Translations under genes and position numbers: made by a program
Shown here: piece by piece, positions 10,738-21,773 of the stretch
Position numbering within the stretch: position 1 is the stretch's first letter
Layout of the letters: each line of letters starts with the position of its first letter
Notes under the pieces: model-generated
Told to the model about the DNA's origin: nothing
The model's input: only the letters and a program-made list of their open reading frames with translations
Database searches by the model: none
Virus record (IMG/VR): IMGVR_UViG_3300042450_000799
Coordinates: 11,872-75,871 of that record
Length of the DNA stretch: 64,000 nucleotides
Direction: 5' to 3' (one strand)
Source of the DNA: a virus

Positions 10738-13700
10738 TTAATCAGTTATTGTTTCAAATGATAACCATTTAGTCGCAAATCTATCGAAAGATGTTTTACC
10801 CTTTTTAAGTCCAAAATAAAAATGGAATGGTGCCCCTACGGTTATTGTTCTGGATAATGGTATATTAGGGTCTTGTGTTGTAGGGTTAGGTTCATATAGA
10901 CCAGCACCATCAACTTGATATATATACCCTTTAAAATCTTTAATGTTTGACGTTGATCCTCTAAAATATCTTGAATTTGGGTCAAGCCTATCCAAAGTTT
11001 GGTATTTATGTGTGAAAAACTTAAATCCACTAATTGGTGATGTATACCAATCATTACTTTGACTACCAAAGATACTATCACCGACCGAATTTGATTTAAC
11101 TTCCCATTGATATAACGGGATTTCTTGAGTAAACACGTTGATATTATTGAACGTGCACGAATCCGTAATCGCAGCATTATTATTAATAATCGTTCTCCGA
11201 GGTGTAATAAAGTCTCTAACTTGAGTATCAGATGAAAAGAATATACCAATAATCCCATTACCAACGGTAAAACTATTAAAATAAATAGGGTCTTGGGGTG
11301 GACCTGGAGCTGTCGGATAATTCTCTGGCTCAAAATCAGCAACCCCCAACTCAGAACTAATCGATATCATTTGAGCATAATCCGCATCCACAAATTGTTT
11401 ACTTCTTTTATCAAAATAAGATAAAACATTTGCCCCTCCTGTCCCAAACATTTGACCCAAGAAACTTGTATTCGTTAATCTACTAATAATAAATAAATTT
11501 AAAATCTCAGAAATATCTGTAAATGTTGTTTCACCTAAATTATTAACAACATACCCATCATAATCATCGGACATCGTAATTTCTTGTAGATACTGACTTC
11601 TAGGTCCTAAGTCCATAATTGTTGTTGGATATTTTAAATTTTTAGAATTCCCACCATAAGTGCCACTACCTGACAAAGGTGTTGGAGCATCCGACCCAAT
11701 AAACCCAACACCATTTTTCCATGGACTACTCCTATAATAAAAATTGTTTGTGGGATGTAAAACCAATGTGTCCCTACAATATTTACTATAAGGTCGATTT
11801 AAAGAATCATAAAATCTATCATTTTTAAATGAAAACGCGTATAACGATCCATTAATCCAATTGTTAGTGAATATATGAGACCATACATTACGACAAGCAG
11901 CAAACGTTATTTGTAATCTTGACGACCATTCAGTAATTAAACGAAGATCCCTCGGTAAACTTAAAAAGATTGTCGTTACTAATACATAACACCCATTTAC
12001 CATAATATTTTTACCTTCACATGTATAACAGTCGTCACCATCTGGTGCAACGTCAACTTCATTTACATTTGGTAGATAACAACTTAATGGAACCATACCC
12101 CCACAAGTAAAGGTCTCTAAAATCGATGTGCTCACACCTGTAAAAGCTTCTTCTGAAAATTCTCCCGAATCAGAAATAGATGGAGAATTAGAAGCAGTAC
12201 CTCCCAACGTAGACGATGTCCCTTCATCACTAATTAAAAACGCCCCAAAGCTAGTATTACTATGTAATGCGTAACTATTATTAAGATTATTAACTACTGA
12301 TGTGGATGTTGGTAATCTGTCCGATCTCATAACAATTTGATTACCCGAAGAACCTAAATTAGTATAACTATATGTTCCCGAATATCTTGGTGCGTAATAA
12401 ATAGCATTATAACCAAGATACGAATTATTAGGTTTCATTATAATATTTTGTAACATAACGGATCCCCCATCAACAATCTCATTTATAAAATAACCTCTAT
12501 TATCCGATGAATAAGTATTAACCGTCCAATCATAATATCCGCAGATCCCAGGGATAGGTGGTAGCCAAACATATTGATCCCACTCAATTGTAAATCCATT
12601 ATACGCCCAATCAATTAATGGATCAGGAACGAATGAATTAATTGATGCGGATTTAGTAGACAGTTCAGTATGACAAGCCGCATATAACCCTGGTGATCCC
12701 GCAGCAGGGACAAAACTAATATTACTATCATCAAGAGATGAATAATAACTTGGTAAATTTGATGTAAAACCCGTAAAACCAGCATTTGCTGGGATAGGTT
12801 CAGGTAGAAAATGAAATGAGTCATAATATAAATTCTCAGTAGTCCATGGATCTGATTGTGTAACATCAGATGTCATATTATGTCTAACAGAAGCAAACGA
12901 CCCTTGTATTGGGTAATTTAATTTATACAGTAATGTTGGCCCACCCACAACTAACGACGGAACACTAGTTGGATATCCAAATAATTTACTTAAATCGTAT
13001 GAATTTTGTAACCTTGTTGAGTTAGGGTCAACACCTCTAACTAAAAACGTCAAAACTTGTAAACCCCCATCTAAATATGACTGTAAAGGATTCTCCCTCA
13101 GAATAAGAGGTGAACCAGACCCAGCTGAAGATTCAAACGCACAATTATTACCAGTAACATATGTGAAAACCATATCGTTATTTAAATAACGATTATTTAA
13201 AGTAATGTCACTACCAACAGGGTTAGATAACCCTGAGAATGAATTATATGTCATTGCCGTAATAACTTGATAATATTCAATATCAATTGGGAATTTGGCG
13301 TATAATGCATCAGTAGGATCTTGATTTATTATATATAGTGAGTTTGGTGGCGATATCGTACCTGACCCATCAGGGTTCGCATAATTAATTTGTAACGTTC
13401 CCGAATTATTTATAGTTGTTCCTGTTATACTTTTACTTCCAAATTGGTTATATGTAGTAAACCCAGTAATATTAACATCTGTTGATAACATAGGGTCTTG
13501 GAAGGAAATTAATTGTCCTGGTTGAAGTAGGGATGAGTTAGATGGTTGACATGAAATAACCAATACATTATCATAATGAAATTTTGCCAATGGATTATTT
13601 AATGTTGTGTCAAACGTAACTTTAATCCTATTCTCCCCACCACCTGGATTTAAACCACCAAGATTATCAAAATATTTAGCTTTATTATTGAATAAATTAA

Positions 13701-15822
13701 TTCTTTCCGCCAAAGTAATACTTGTTGTGAATATCTGTCCGTTATTACTAGGATCCCCATATGACTGAAGTTGAGGGGCTAATGATGTTGGTGTTGGGTG
13801 AAGAGTGTCTATATACGCACCCCCCATTATATTTTGAAACTTATATGGTTCCGACCATCCAGGATTAACATTTTGATAATTACCCGCTAATGTATATGTT
13901 GATAAAAATGCTGAGGATGGAGGCTGGGGTGGAATAGACCCACCAACACTAGCGGCCGAAGCTCCCGTTTCATCAATTGATGTACCTTCATCACACGAAC
14001 ACATTTCACAGTCAGGGTACGATAAATTAGGTATGGTTATGTTTTTGAAATTTTCTCTAACCTTATATATCTTAATTGTTAAAAACGTAACTGTAATCGC
14101 CCCAAGTAAACAAGCCAAACCAATTAATGCAAATGGTAAAATTAAAAGTAACGCAGGAAAAGACACCCCCGCTGCTATAAAATTTTGAACCGCTAAAGTA
14201 ATCAGATATAAACCCAACATTACTAAAAGTGGTATTAATACGAAATTAACCAAAAAAGCAAAAATGTGCATCAAGATTACTGTTATGTACACCAAGGGTT
14301 TTGTTATAAAAAATAATATAATAAATAACAAATAAATAAGATCAAATCTTAATACAGAATCATTAGTAGGATATTTAACAATCTCACTTTCACATGAATC
14401 ATCCATGATATTTTTAATCGATACCATCCTATTTGATAAATATCCTTTCCTATATTGATCCATTAATTGTGAAACGGTATAAACTTTATTATACATCATC
14501 TCATAAAAAGTATCTTCACAATTAACAGCCGATGGTACATCCGCATAATCATTCCAATCTAAGCTAAACGCATATGATTTAATCGCGTCTTGATAGATAA
14601 CACTTGACGGGGAATATTTTAGAGGGTCGTCATCACTACTTACCCACCCATACTCTCTAATATTAGGTACCAAGAAATATCCTCTCTTAACCGGCTCACT
14701 CAATGTTGTAGACTGATTCCATTTTACTTTAAAACGATATTTCCCCTTTGTTGGGACACCCTTTTTAGAATCATTAGATAAAACTCTCTCCCCAAACTCA
14801 TTAGTGATCACATAATCCATATTCATTGGGACATCAATTAACCAAGTTCCATTATCATCAATGACTTGACCACCACCCTCTAATTCAACAGTCTCCAATA
14901 TAGGTTGACCATTAATATCAGGATAAATTGTTTGTCTTATGGCTAAAATTTCTCCAGGACCCGCAACTAAATTACAAAGGTTCCCTTGTTTTACTTTTGG
15001 TTTACAATTTCTTTTCTGAAACTGATCGTCATTAGATGACATAATAGACCCCATGAATATTGATGTTGGGGTTATCAAAATATTAGCCCCCGATGTCAAA
15101 TCAAAATCAGTTCTTGTTACTCCTAAATTACAAACCTCAGGTTGTCCCCATAATGGTTCCACCTCAATATTATTATTCAAACTTATTATTTGAGGTAATT
15201 CATTTAAATTTGTCGAGCTTTTAAATTTATTTCCAGCAACTTGATCCGGAGTAGCAACACCCATACGAATTAAATCCTGAGGTGATAATGAAAACTCCCC
15301 AATGTCCGATAAATCAACATCAACATGAATTGTTTGATCCCCAGTTGGTACACCAAATATCATGTAATCACCACTTTCATTAGTTTTTGCCGTATACTTA
15401 TAATACTTGTCATAAACCTCAATAAGTGTTGGTTCAACTAAAACATCATGTTTATCAAAAAAAGAACCTGTTGGTGAATGATTACTATATGATGGTAGAT
15501 ATGGTAATAAATTATATCTATATCCATCCTCATTTAAATCTGTTAATGTTTTATATGGATATAACTCGGAAATAATAGGGTTTGCTGCGTCAGTATCCGA
15601 TAAAGGTATAAAGACCGATACTTTGGCATTAGGTATTCCAAAACCATCATTCGCGGTAACTCTACCAATAACAACCCCATAATCGGAACATTGTCTTGTA
15701 TATATTTGACTCGGTAATATTTTAAGGGATAAAATCTCAAGATATTCAAAATCTTGGTCGATTAAAATCTTAATTGATTTATCCACCCCTACTTGAGTTC
15801 TTATCCTATATGAATTTGACAT
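10738..15822 (-). CDS. Large tail/baseplate-associated protein with internal multi-pass hydrophobic segment
   Basis: 1694 aa; N-terminal GRVTANDGFGIPNAKVSV (carboxypeptidase-regulatory/transthyretin-like fold); about 90 hydrophobic residues encoded at ~14066-14340; adjacent to the baseplate wedge gene. Confidence 0.6.
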   Translation of the reverse strand: MSNSYRIRTQVGVDKSIKILIDQDFEYLEILSLKILPSQIYTRQCSDYGVVIGRVTANDGFGIPNAKVSVFIPLSDTDAANPIISELYPYKTLTDLNEDGYRYNLLPYLPSYSNHSPTGSFFDKHDVLVEPTLIEVYDKYYKYTAKTNESGDYMIFGVPTGDQTIHVDVDLSDIGEFSLSPQDLIRMGVATPDQVAGNKFKSSTNLNELPQIISLNNNIEVEPLWGQPEVCNLGVTRTDFDLTSGANILITPTSIFMGSIMSSNDDQFQKRNCKPKVKQGNLCNLVAGPGEILAIRQTIYPDINGQPILETVELEGGGQVIDDNGTWLIDVPMNMDYVITNEFGERVLSNDSKKGVPTKGKYRFKVKWNQSTTLSEPVKRGYFLVPNIREYGWVSSDDDPLKYSPSSVIYQDAIKSYAFSLDWNDYADVPSAVNCEDTFYEMMYNKVYTVSQLMDQYRKGYLSNRMVSIKNIMDDSCESEIVKYPTNDSVLRFDLIYLLFIILFFITKPLVYITVILMHIFAFLVNFVLIPLLVMLGLYLITLAVQNFIAAGVSFPALLLILPFALIGLACLLGAITVTFLTIKIYKVRENFKNITIPNLSYPDCEMCSCDEGTSIDETGASAASVGGSIPPQPPSSAFLSTYTLAGNYQNVNPGWSEPYKFQNIMGGAYIDTLHPTPTSLAPQLQSYGDPSNNGQIFTTSITLAERINLFNNKAKYFDNLGGLNPGGGENRIKVTFDTTLNNPLAKFHYDNVLVISCQPSNSSLLQPGQLISFQDPMLSTDVNITGFTTYNQFGSKSITGTTINNSGTLQINYANPDGSGTISPPNSLYIINQDPTDALYAKFPIDIEYYQVITAMTYNSFSGLSNPVGSDITLNNRYLNNDMVFTYVTGNNCAFESSAGSGSPLILRENPLQSYLDGGLQVLTFLVRGVDPNSTRLQNSYDLSKLFGYPTSVPSLVVGGPTLLYKLNYPIQGSFASVRHNMTSDVTQSDPWTTENLYYDSFHFLPEPIPANAGFTGFTSNLPSYYSSLDDSNISFVPAAGSPGLYAACHTELSTKSASINSFVPDPLIDWAYNGFTIEWDQYVWLPPIPGICGYYDWTVNTYSSDNRGYFINEIVDGGSVMLQNIIMKPNNSYLGYNAIYYAPRYSGTYSYTNLGSSGNQIVMRSDRLPTSTSVVNNLNNSYALHSNTSFGAFLISDEGTSSTLGGTASNSPSISDSGEFSEEAFTGVSTSILETFTCGGMVPLSCYLPNVNEVDVAPDGDDCYTCEGKNIMVNGCYVLVTTIFLSLPRDLRLITEWSSRLQITFAACRNVWSHIFTNNWINGSLYAFSFKNDRFYDSLNRPYSKYCRDTLVLHPTNNFYYRSSPWKNGVGFIGSDAPTPLSGSGTYGGNSKNLKYPTTIMDLGPRSQYLQEITMSDDYDGYVVNNLGETTFTDISEILNLFIISRLTNTSFLGQMFGTGGANVLSYFDKRSKQFVDADYAQMISISSELGVADFEPENYPTAPGPPQDPIYFNSFTVGNGIIGIFFSSDTQVRDFITPRRTIINNNAAITDSCTFNNINVFTQEIPLYQWEVKSNSVGDSIFGSQSNDWYTSPISGFKFFTHKYQTLDRLDPNSRYFRGSTSNIKDFKGYIYQVDGAGLYEPNPTTQDPNIPLSRTITVGAPFHFYFGLKKGKTSFDRFATKWLSFETITD

Positions 15823-15895
15823 TATTGGTCTTTTTTGATAAATAGTTTATATGCTACTTTCAAAAAGATAAACCATTATTTATATAAATAAATTA

Positions 15896-17734
15896 TCAGG
15901 TGAAATTAACTGTTTTTAAATTCTTAACCCTAACATTAATATCTTTATTTGGAAATCTTACTTGATACGTCTGACTTGGTTCCGCAAATATTGTCTCATC
16001 AATCAACTCAATCTCTCTAGTATCAAGATCTAAATATTTTTGAGATGTTTGAGATGATGAGTATTGCCCACCAACTTTATTAAAAACTTGAATATTCGAA
16101 ACTGAAATAACACCATTTTCACTTTGTATTTCTCTCCTAATTTCAGAAATATATACATTCTGACCCATCTGTCTATTTGAAGGATCAAAATATGTTGAAA
16201 CAATATTAACAATTTTAGAAATCAACGATCCCTGATTTTGACTATTATCTAACACGACATCTAAGTTCATACCTAAGTCAATAACACTTGCTGTCTCAAC
16301 CGATATGTAATCATTAATCATTCTATAGTTAGATAAATAATTAGCTACATTATTTTTCAATGTGTTTGAAACAATTTCGGTTAGTTTACCCGAATCATCA
16401 TAAGACAACATTTTTATTTTAATCTTATTATTTTCTTCCGTTATCGCCACCTTAGCAGGAGCTCCAAACTGTGAGGGCATTGTTCTAATAAGAGAATCAT
16501 AATCATTAACAGTTACCGCCCTATTTTGTGCCGAGAAATTAAACCCAACTAAATTTCTTACCTCTTCTGTTGTTGGAGATGCTGACCCCCCAATTGCCGC
16601 TGTAACATTATTACAACTTAATGAATTAACAACACTAGTGTTAATAGAATCTGAAGGCCCATTAACAAAGAAAGAAACCGTACCAATTTGAGATATAACA
16701 TTAACACCCAAATTACTTCCTGTACCACCTCCAATTCTATATTGAATGAACATTGTTGTATTAGATTTAATAGTACTACCTAATGCCAAATTATTAGAAT
16801 ATTTATATAGATTTAATTCATATCCATTTCTCGCAAACTCTCTTAATTGTTCATCCGCAGATTGACTACCACCACCAAAAGTCATTTTTAAAAACCCTTC
16901 TGGAGTAAATTCAGTTATAAATTTATCGCTCGTCTCAATATACTTCCCAACTTTAATACCCGGTCGATCAGACACTTTAGTAGGATCTTCAATGAAGACT
17001 CTATCTTCAACTAAAGCCTTAACTTCATACCATCTATTATCTAACCCTAAAAATTCTTGTGAAGAAGGCATATTAGCATATTGAGTTCCGTCTTTTAATA
17101 AAACACTTGTTATACCTAAAACGTTTTTTTCAGGTAAAAACATTTCAAAAAATGGTTTAACATCATTAGGTGTCATAACTCTTTTAAACACCTTAGTTAT
17201 ACCATTAACAACAGTTTCTCTTTTTACAATCGTATAATTAAGTAATTTATTATTTGAATCAAAATTAGGAATTTTTAATCTATTAGGATATCCATCAGCA
17301 TTAAGACCCGATGAGAAATCAATATCATAAACAGTTTCAAATACTTGACCAGCACCACTAACTTGAGACCCTCTTCTTAATATACCACAATACCTTAAAT
17401 CTTCTTTATCCCCAAAAGCAGGAACAGTTATAGAGAAATCAACTAAAGCAACCGACGGTCTTTGACCAGGAATCTTTAATCCATAAGTTCTTGCAATATT
17501 AAAAATTGACGATCTTTGTTGAGCATATTGTAAAACAGTTTCCTGAATACTTCTATCAATATTAAACTGTAAGTTATCACTAACAGCAGCATTTAAATCT
17601 AATAAGGCCGAGAATACTGACGCATCATTAAAGTTGTCAATTAACTCGGGATAGTATGTTCGAGTAAAATTAATTAATTCAGTCCTTATTGACTGAAAAT
17701 CCCTTGTCGTATACGATATTTTTTTATTAGCCAT
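15896..17734 (-). CDS. Baseplate wedge subunit (T4 gp6 / baseplate J-like)
   Basis: N-terminal RDFQSIRTELINF and AQNRAVTVNDY motifs typical of gp6/gpJ; next to the gp25-like gene. Confidence 0.85.
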   Translation of the reverse strand: MANKKISYTTRDFQSIRTELINFTRTYYPELIDNFNDASVFSALLDLNAAVSDNLQFNIDRSIQETVLQYAQQRSSIFNIARTYGLKIPGQRPSVALVDFSITVPAFGDKEDLRYCGILRRGSQVSGAGQVFETVYDIDFSSGLNADGYPNRLKIPNFDSNNKLLNYTIVKRETVVNGITKVFKRVMTPNDVKPFFEMFLPEKNVLGITSVLLKDGTQYANMPSSQEFLGLDNRWYEVKALVEDRVFIEDPTKVSDRPGIKVGKYIETSDKFITEFTPEGFLKMTFGGGSQSADEQLREFARNGYELNLYKYSNNLALGSTIKSNTTMFIQYRIGGGTGSNLGVNVISQIGTVSFFVNGPSDSINTSVVNSLSCNNVTAAIGGSASPTTEEVRNLVGFNFSAQNRAVTVNDYDSLIRTMPSQFGAPAKVAITEENNKIKIKMLSYDDSGKLTEIVSNTLKNNVANYLSNYRMINDYISVETASVIDLGMNLDVVLDNSQNQGSLISKIVNIVSTYFDPSNRQMGQNVYISEIRREIQSENGVISVSNIQVFNKVGGQYSSSQTSQKYLDLDTREIELIDETIFAEPSQTYQVRFPNKDINVRVKNLKTVNFT

Positions 17735-17740
17735 ATATTA

Positions 17741-18196
17741 TTAAATATTAATGATTACAAAATCACTCTGATTAAATGCTGAATCAGTAACTATATAATC
17801 AATCTTAATTTTAGCGGTATGTTCTTTTTCACTAATACCAGGAACCCGATAAACTCTTGAATCCCCATCAACATAAGTACCTTTATCTTCCTCTCCATTA
17901 GAAGCGTCAGTTACACTTATTTTAGTTATAGTAATTCCCGGAATATATTCAGAGACTGAATCTCTTATCTCCGCCTCAATATCCGAAAATGTTGGCCCAT
18001 CCATAGGTTCAAAAATGTATTCATAAAGTCTAGTTCCAAAATCAGGTAAATAATATCTAGTACCTTTTCTTGTTAATAATAAATGAATCAAATTTGATCT
18101 AATCTCCTCATCAGCAAAATTTGATAACGAAACATAATTACCTTTTAAAGAATCTCTAAAAGGGAAGTTAATACCATATGTTTTTCCTTCTGCCAT
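17741..18196 (-). CDS. Baseplate wedge / sheath initiator (T4 gp25-like)
   Basis: IRSNLIHLLLTRKGTRYYLPDFGTRLYEYIFEP is the gp25/GPW motif. Confidence 0.9.
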   Translation of the reverse strand: MAEGKTYGINFPFRDSLKGNYVSLSNFADEEIRSNLIHLLLTRKGTRYYLPDFGTRLYEYIFEPMDGPTFSDIEAEIRDSVSEYIPGITITKISVTDASNGEEDKGTYVDGDSRVYRVPGISEKEHTAKIKIDYIVTDSAFNQSDFVIINI

Positions 18197-18247
18197 TAAT
18201 CATAAATATAGTGTTACAATATTTTCGGTGAATAGATATAAAATAAA

Positions 18248-18271
18248 AAATCACGACAAGTGTCGTGATTT
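18248..18271 (-). terminator. Intrinsic terminator ending the replication operon
   Basis: AAATCACGAC-AAGT-GTCGTGATTT inverted repeat, followed by a U-run on the minus strand. Confidence 0.75.
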
Positions 18272-18280
18272 CTTTTACAA

Positions 18281-18493
18281 TTATTTTATAACCGTATTTC
18301 CTTTTTCATATCTAGGATTGTAAGGACAATGTAAACATTTATTCCCGCAACAACTACCCCTTCGTTTATGATAACTTTCAGTCATCATCATTCTACCTTG
18401 TTCCCAATAAAAATCAGTAGGTAGAAATTTATTTTTGGTAGTAGTTTCTTTAATATGTAATTGGAAGATCCAATCATCTGTTATAATACCCAT
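18281..18493 (-). CDS. Small Cys-rich protein (DUF5522-like)
   Basis: HKRRGSCCGNKCLHCPY motif. Confidence 0.7.
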   Translation of the reverse strand: MGIITDDWIFQLHIKETTTKNKFLPTDFYWEQGRMMMTESYHKRRGSCCGNKCLHCPYNPRYEKGNTVIK

Positions 18494-18498
18494 GTTAA

Positions 18499-20358
18499 TT
18501 ATTTTATTTCACATCCGTCAGCCCCACACGCAATTTCACCACTTAGGTCTGTTTCATCAGAATATTCAATAACTTTAGTCAAATCAATCGAATGTATTTT
18601 AGTTACCATAGCCTCAAATTCTTCTTTAGTACAATCGGTAAAAGGTGCTTGAATATATGATCCTCCGTCGTGGGGTAAAACTGATAGACCATTATAAAAA
18701 TCTTTGTTATTCCACATCCATTCTCCCGCTAAATCCCAATCCTCAGGTTTTAAACTGATTGTGGCAGACACGTTATGTAAATTAGAACCACCTCTATGTC
18801 CGGGTCTAACCCACTCTTGAGTTACTCTTTTAACTCTCTCCAATAATTGGAATGGACTTTCCGTTCTCAATATTGCCCCTTCGGGTGCCTTTTGTGGTAC
18901 CGAAATAACTGCGGTATCGTGAGGTCTAAAGAATTCATCCTCAACTAGTTCTGGATGATTTTGACTTAAATATTGATAGATAGATTCATTTTTTCCAACA
19001 CGAATTCGTCTAATATAATAATCGTTATGCCAAGCGTGGATTCCTGAAGATGTTCCCAAAGTTAATGATGTTGTTCCCGCAGGTTTTACCGTAGTTGTTC
19101 TTGCAGATTTATTAATCCCAATTAATTTAGCAACTCTTTCATTTTCTTCTTTAACAATCTTAGCCGATTCTTTCATATTATATCCCAACACAACACCTGA
19201 ACCAATCCCAGTCATAGAGACCCCAATCAGGGCATCTTTTTCAGTAGTTCTTTTCCAAACATCTCTTAAATAGTGGAAGTTAGTGTAACCTGCTTGTAAT
19301 GTTCCAATGAATGAAGCTGCTCTAACACGATTATTTAAATCTTCTTGAGATTCAATATCAGAAACATTTACCTCACATAAGTTACAAAATTGATTTGGTC
19401 TCAATGCGATTTCACAACACGGATTCGTTCCCCAATCTTTATCATTTGAAAAATAAATTCCTGGTTCACCTGCTCCTGAAGCTTCAATACGTTTCCATAA
19501 ATCCATGAAGAAGTCTTGAGTAATTTTATGTCTCAATAATACTGCCGAATTGTTAGCTCTACCTCTTTGTGGATTTGTTTCCCACCAACTACCTGATTTA
19601 CAAGAAATCATTTCTTGGTCATCAGCACTGAATAATGAAATTAATGCTGCTCGTCTAATTCCACCCGCAAGAACCGCATCGGCAATATGACAAACCATAT
19701 CATGAACCTCTATTGGTGTCAATCTATCCCCATCTTCTTTTGATTCCAAAAGACCTTTCAATTTATGTAAACAATCTTTAAGTGGTTGTGGACCCGGAGC
19801 TTTTCCCCCAGAGGTTACAAGTTGAGCACCTTTATGTCTTATGTCAGAGAAATCAAAATCGGGTGTTGATATTTGTTCACCAAAATAAGATTTAAATAAC
19901 ACTTTAATCGCGTCAGCCCACCCTTCAATTGAGTCACTAATTAGATATCTTCTTTTTCTAGTTTCACTCGGTTTTCTAATCTCAGGTAGTTTTTCTACGT
20001 GATGTTTCTGTACTGAATATCCAACACCCGTTCCACCTAATAACAAGAACATTGATTCAGAAAACGCCTCCAAGGAATCAATTGGCAAATATGCACAATT
20101 ATAGATCCTGTTTGGAGAAATTTCAATTGGTTTTCCACCAAATTGCATTGACCTCATTGAGGGTAATACTTTTTTATCATACACATATTTGTACACCTCT
20201 TTAATCTCACTCTCAAGTGATGGGTATTTTTTAATGTGCATATTAATGTTTCGGGTTACTAACTCTTCCCAAGTTTCACGTCTATTTAATTCAGGTACAA
20301 ATTTTGCGTACTTCATATAGACAGTTAAGTCCGATAAAATCTTTTGTGATGCGTCCAT
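18499..20358 (-). CDS. nrdJ: Class II (adenosylcobalamin-dependent) ribonucleotide reductase, monomeric RTPR type
   Basis: YNCAY, GTNPCCEI, TTVKPAGT motifs; C-terminal CGADGC redox pair; no nrdB in the window. Confidence 0.9.
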   Translation of the reverse strand: MDASQKILSDLTVYMKYAKFVPELNRRETWEELVTRNINMHIKKYPSLESEIKEVYKYVYDKKVLPSMRSMQFGGKPIEISPNRIYNCAYLPIDSLEAFSESMFLLLGGTGVGYSVQKHHVEKLPEIRKPSETRKRRYLISDSIEGWADAIKVLFKSYFGEQISTPDFDFSDIRHKGAQLVTSGGKAPGPQPLKDCLHKLKGLLESKEDGDRLTPIEVHDMVCHIADAVLAGGIRRAALISLFSADDQEMISCKSGSWWETNPQRGRANNSAVLLRHKITQDFFMDLWKRIEASGAGEPGIYFSNDKDWGTNPCCEIALRPNQFCNLCEVNVSDIESQEDLNNRVRAASFIGTLQAGYTNFHYLRDVWKRTTEKDALIGVSMTGIGSGVVLGYNMKESAKIVKEENERVAKLIGINKSARTTTVKPAGTTSLTLGTSSGIHAWHNDYYIRRIRVGKNESIYQYLSQNHPELVEDEFFRPHDTAVISVPQKAPEGAILRTESPFQLLERVKRVTQEWVRPGHRGGSNLHNVSATISLKPEDWDLAGEWMWNNKDFYNGLSVLPHDGGSYIQAPFTDCTKEEFEAMVTKIHSIDLTKVIEYSDETDLSGEIACGADGCEIK

Positions 20359-20380
20359 AATTTTTCTTTTGTTTTATTTA

Positions 20381-21757
20381 TTATTGTTTTTCTCTTTCTT
20401 TTCGTTTGTCAATCAAATCTTTGATTCGTTGTCGATTTCTTTCTTCTGTTTGTTCTTCAAGACCTAAAAATGTAACTGATGACTCTGTATCAATCTCTAA
20501 CATACCATTATCAAATTTACAATTTTCAAATACAACACCATCATCCCCAATTCTTGATTTAGTTATCGCAATGGTTGCCAATTTCATTTCTTTTTGAGTT
20601 AATGACTTAGCAATTGAAATGATGACGTGACCAACTTGAGCTTTTTTAATTGAACCCCCCATTTGATCTGTTGTTACAACATCTGATGAGATTGAACTTC
20701 TATTTCCTTGTGTTGCCGTCCATCCCACTAAATCCATCTCATGACACATCGCCTCAAATGCTCTCATTACAGATCCTTCAGATTTCCATTCATCACCAAG
20801 ATTTTTATTAGGTACCACACAATCAATATAATCAAGTAACACCATGTCAATCTTGATACCATCTGCCATCATTTTTCTAATTTGACCTTTGATTTGTAAC
20901 ATAGTTACAGTGTCTGACGGTAATTTTTTAAGTATTAACTTATTCGGCATAGAGTCTTTGATCTCTTTAACTTTAGCCATTACCTCTTCTTTCTTCACAG
21001 TTAACTCATCTGGATGTACTTTCGTCCATAATGTGATGTGTTTTCTCTGAATGATTTTAGGGTTATCCTCAAAAAATATTTGAAGAACATTATACCCTAA
21101 GTTAAATGCGTGGTTAGATATTTTAGTTAACATCGTTGATTTTCCAACACCAGTTGGTGCTAATACAACTCCGATTTCACCTCTCGCCAACCCACCTTTT
21201 AAGAGACGATCAATACCTGGGATTCCCATTGGTATTGGATGTCTATAATCTTCGTTTAAAACCTCATCCAAGTTGTTGAAAACGTCTTCCATACCATCTT
21301 CTCTTTCCCCTACTTGTAAGGCCTCTCTAACCAAAGTTTCCAAAGTGTCATAGTTCTCAAACTCACCACCATCAATCACTTTTTGAGCCTTAGTAATCGC
21401 TTTCTGCAACTCTTGTTGTTTACAGAATTTCAACGCTTTTTCTTGAACAAATTCTTGTCCATCAGTTGGAGCGTCTTTAATTTTTGTTAGAGTATCTAAT
21501 ACAATTTTAGACGCTAACTCTTGTTGTAATTCTGATTTGGTAATCTGATCTAAAGTATCAAACGTTGGAGTATGTTCATATTTCATATAATACTCCTTAA
21601 CCATTTGGATAATTATTTTGAAATATTTATTCTCAAAATAATTACTCTCAATCACATCAATAATTGATCTTGAGAAGTCTTTATCGATTATGATTTGATT
21701 TAATAATTGTATCTGAAAAGTACTCCCTAGATAATCGAAATTTTTGTTTGATGACAT
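20381..21757 (-). CDS. dnaB: Replicative DnaB-like helicase (T4 gp41-like)
   Basis: Walker A APTGVGKS, Walker B LLDYID, WTATQGNR, KSR arginine finger. Confidence 0.9.
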   Translation of the reverse strand: MSSNKNFDYLGSTFQIQLLNQIIIDKDFSRSIIDVIESNYFENKYFKIIIQMVKEYYMKYEHTPTFDTLDQITKSELQQELASKIVLDTLTKIKDAPTDGQEFVQEKALKFCKQQELQKAITKAQKVIDGGEFENYDTLETLVREALQVGEREDGMEDVFNNLDEVLNEDYRHPIPMGIPGIDRLLKGGLARGEIGVVLAPTGVGKSTMLTKISNHAFNLGYNVLQIFFEDNPKIIQRKHITLWTKVHPDELTVKKEEVMAKVKEIKDSMPNKLILKKLPSDTVTMLQIKGQIRKMMADGIKIDMVLLDYIDCVVPNKNLGDEWKSEGSVMRAFEAMCHEMDLVGWTATQGNRSSISSDVVTTDQMGGSIKKAQVGHVIISIAKSLTQKEMKLATIAITKSRIGDDGVVFENCKFDNGMLEIDTESSVTFLGLEEQTEERNRQRIKDLIDKRKEREKQ

Positions 21758-21773
21758 ATAATTTTAGTATTGT

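Noticed and set aside
20359-20380. Cobalamin riboswitch upstream of nrdJ
   Set aside because: Only 22 nt separate dnaB and nrdJ, leaving no room.
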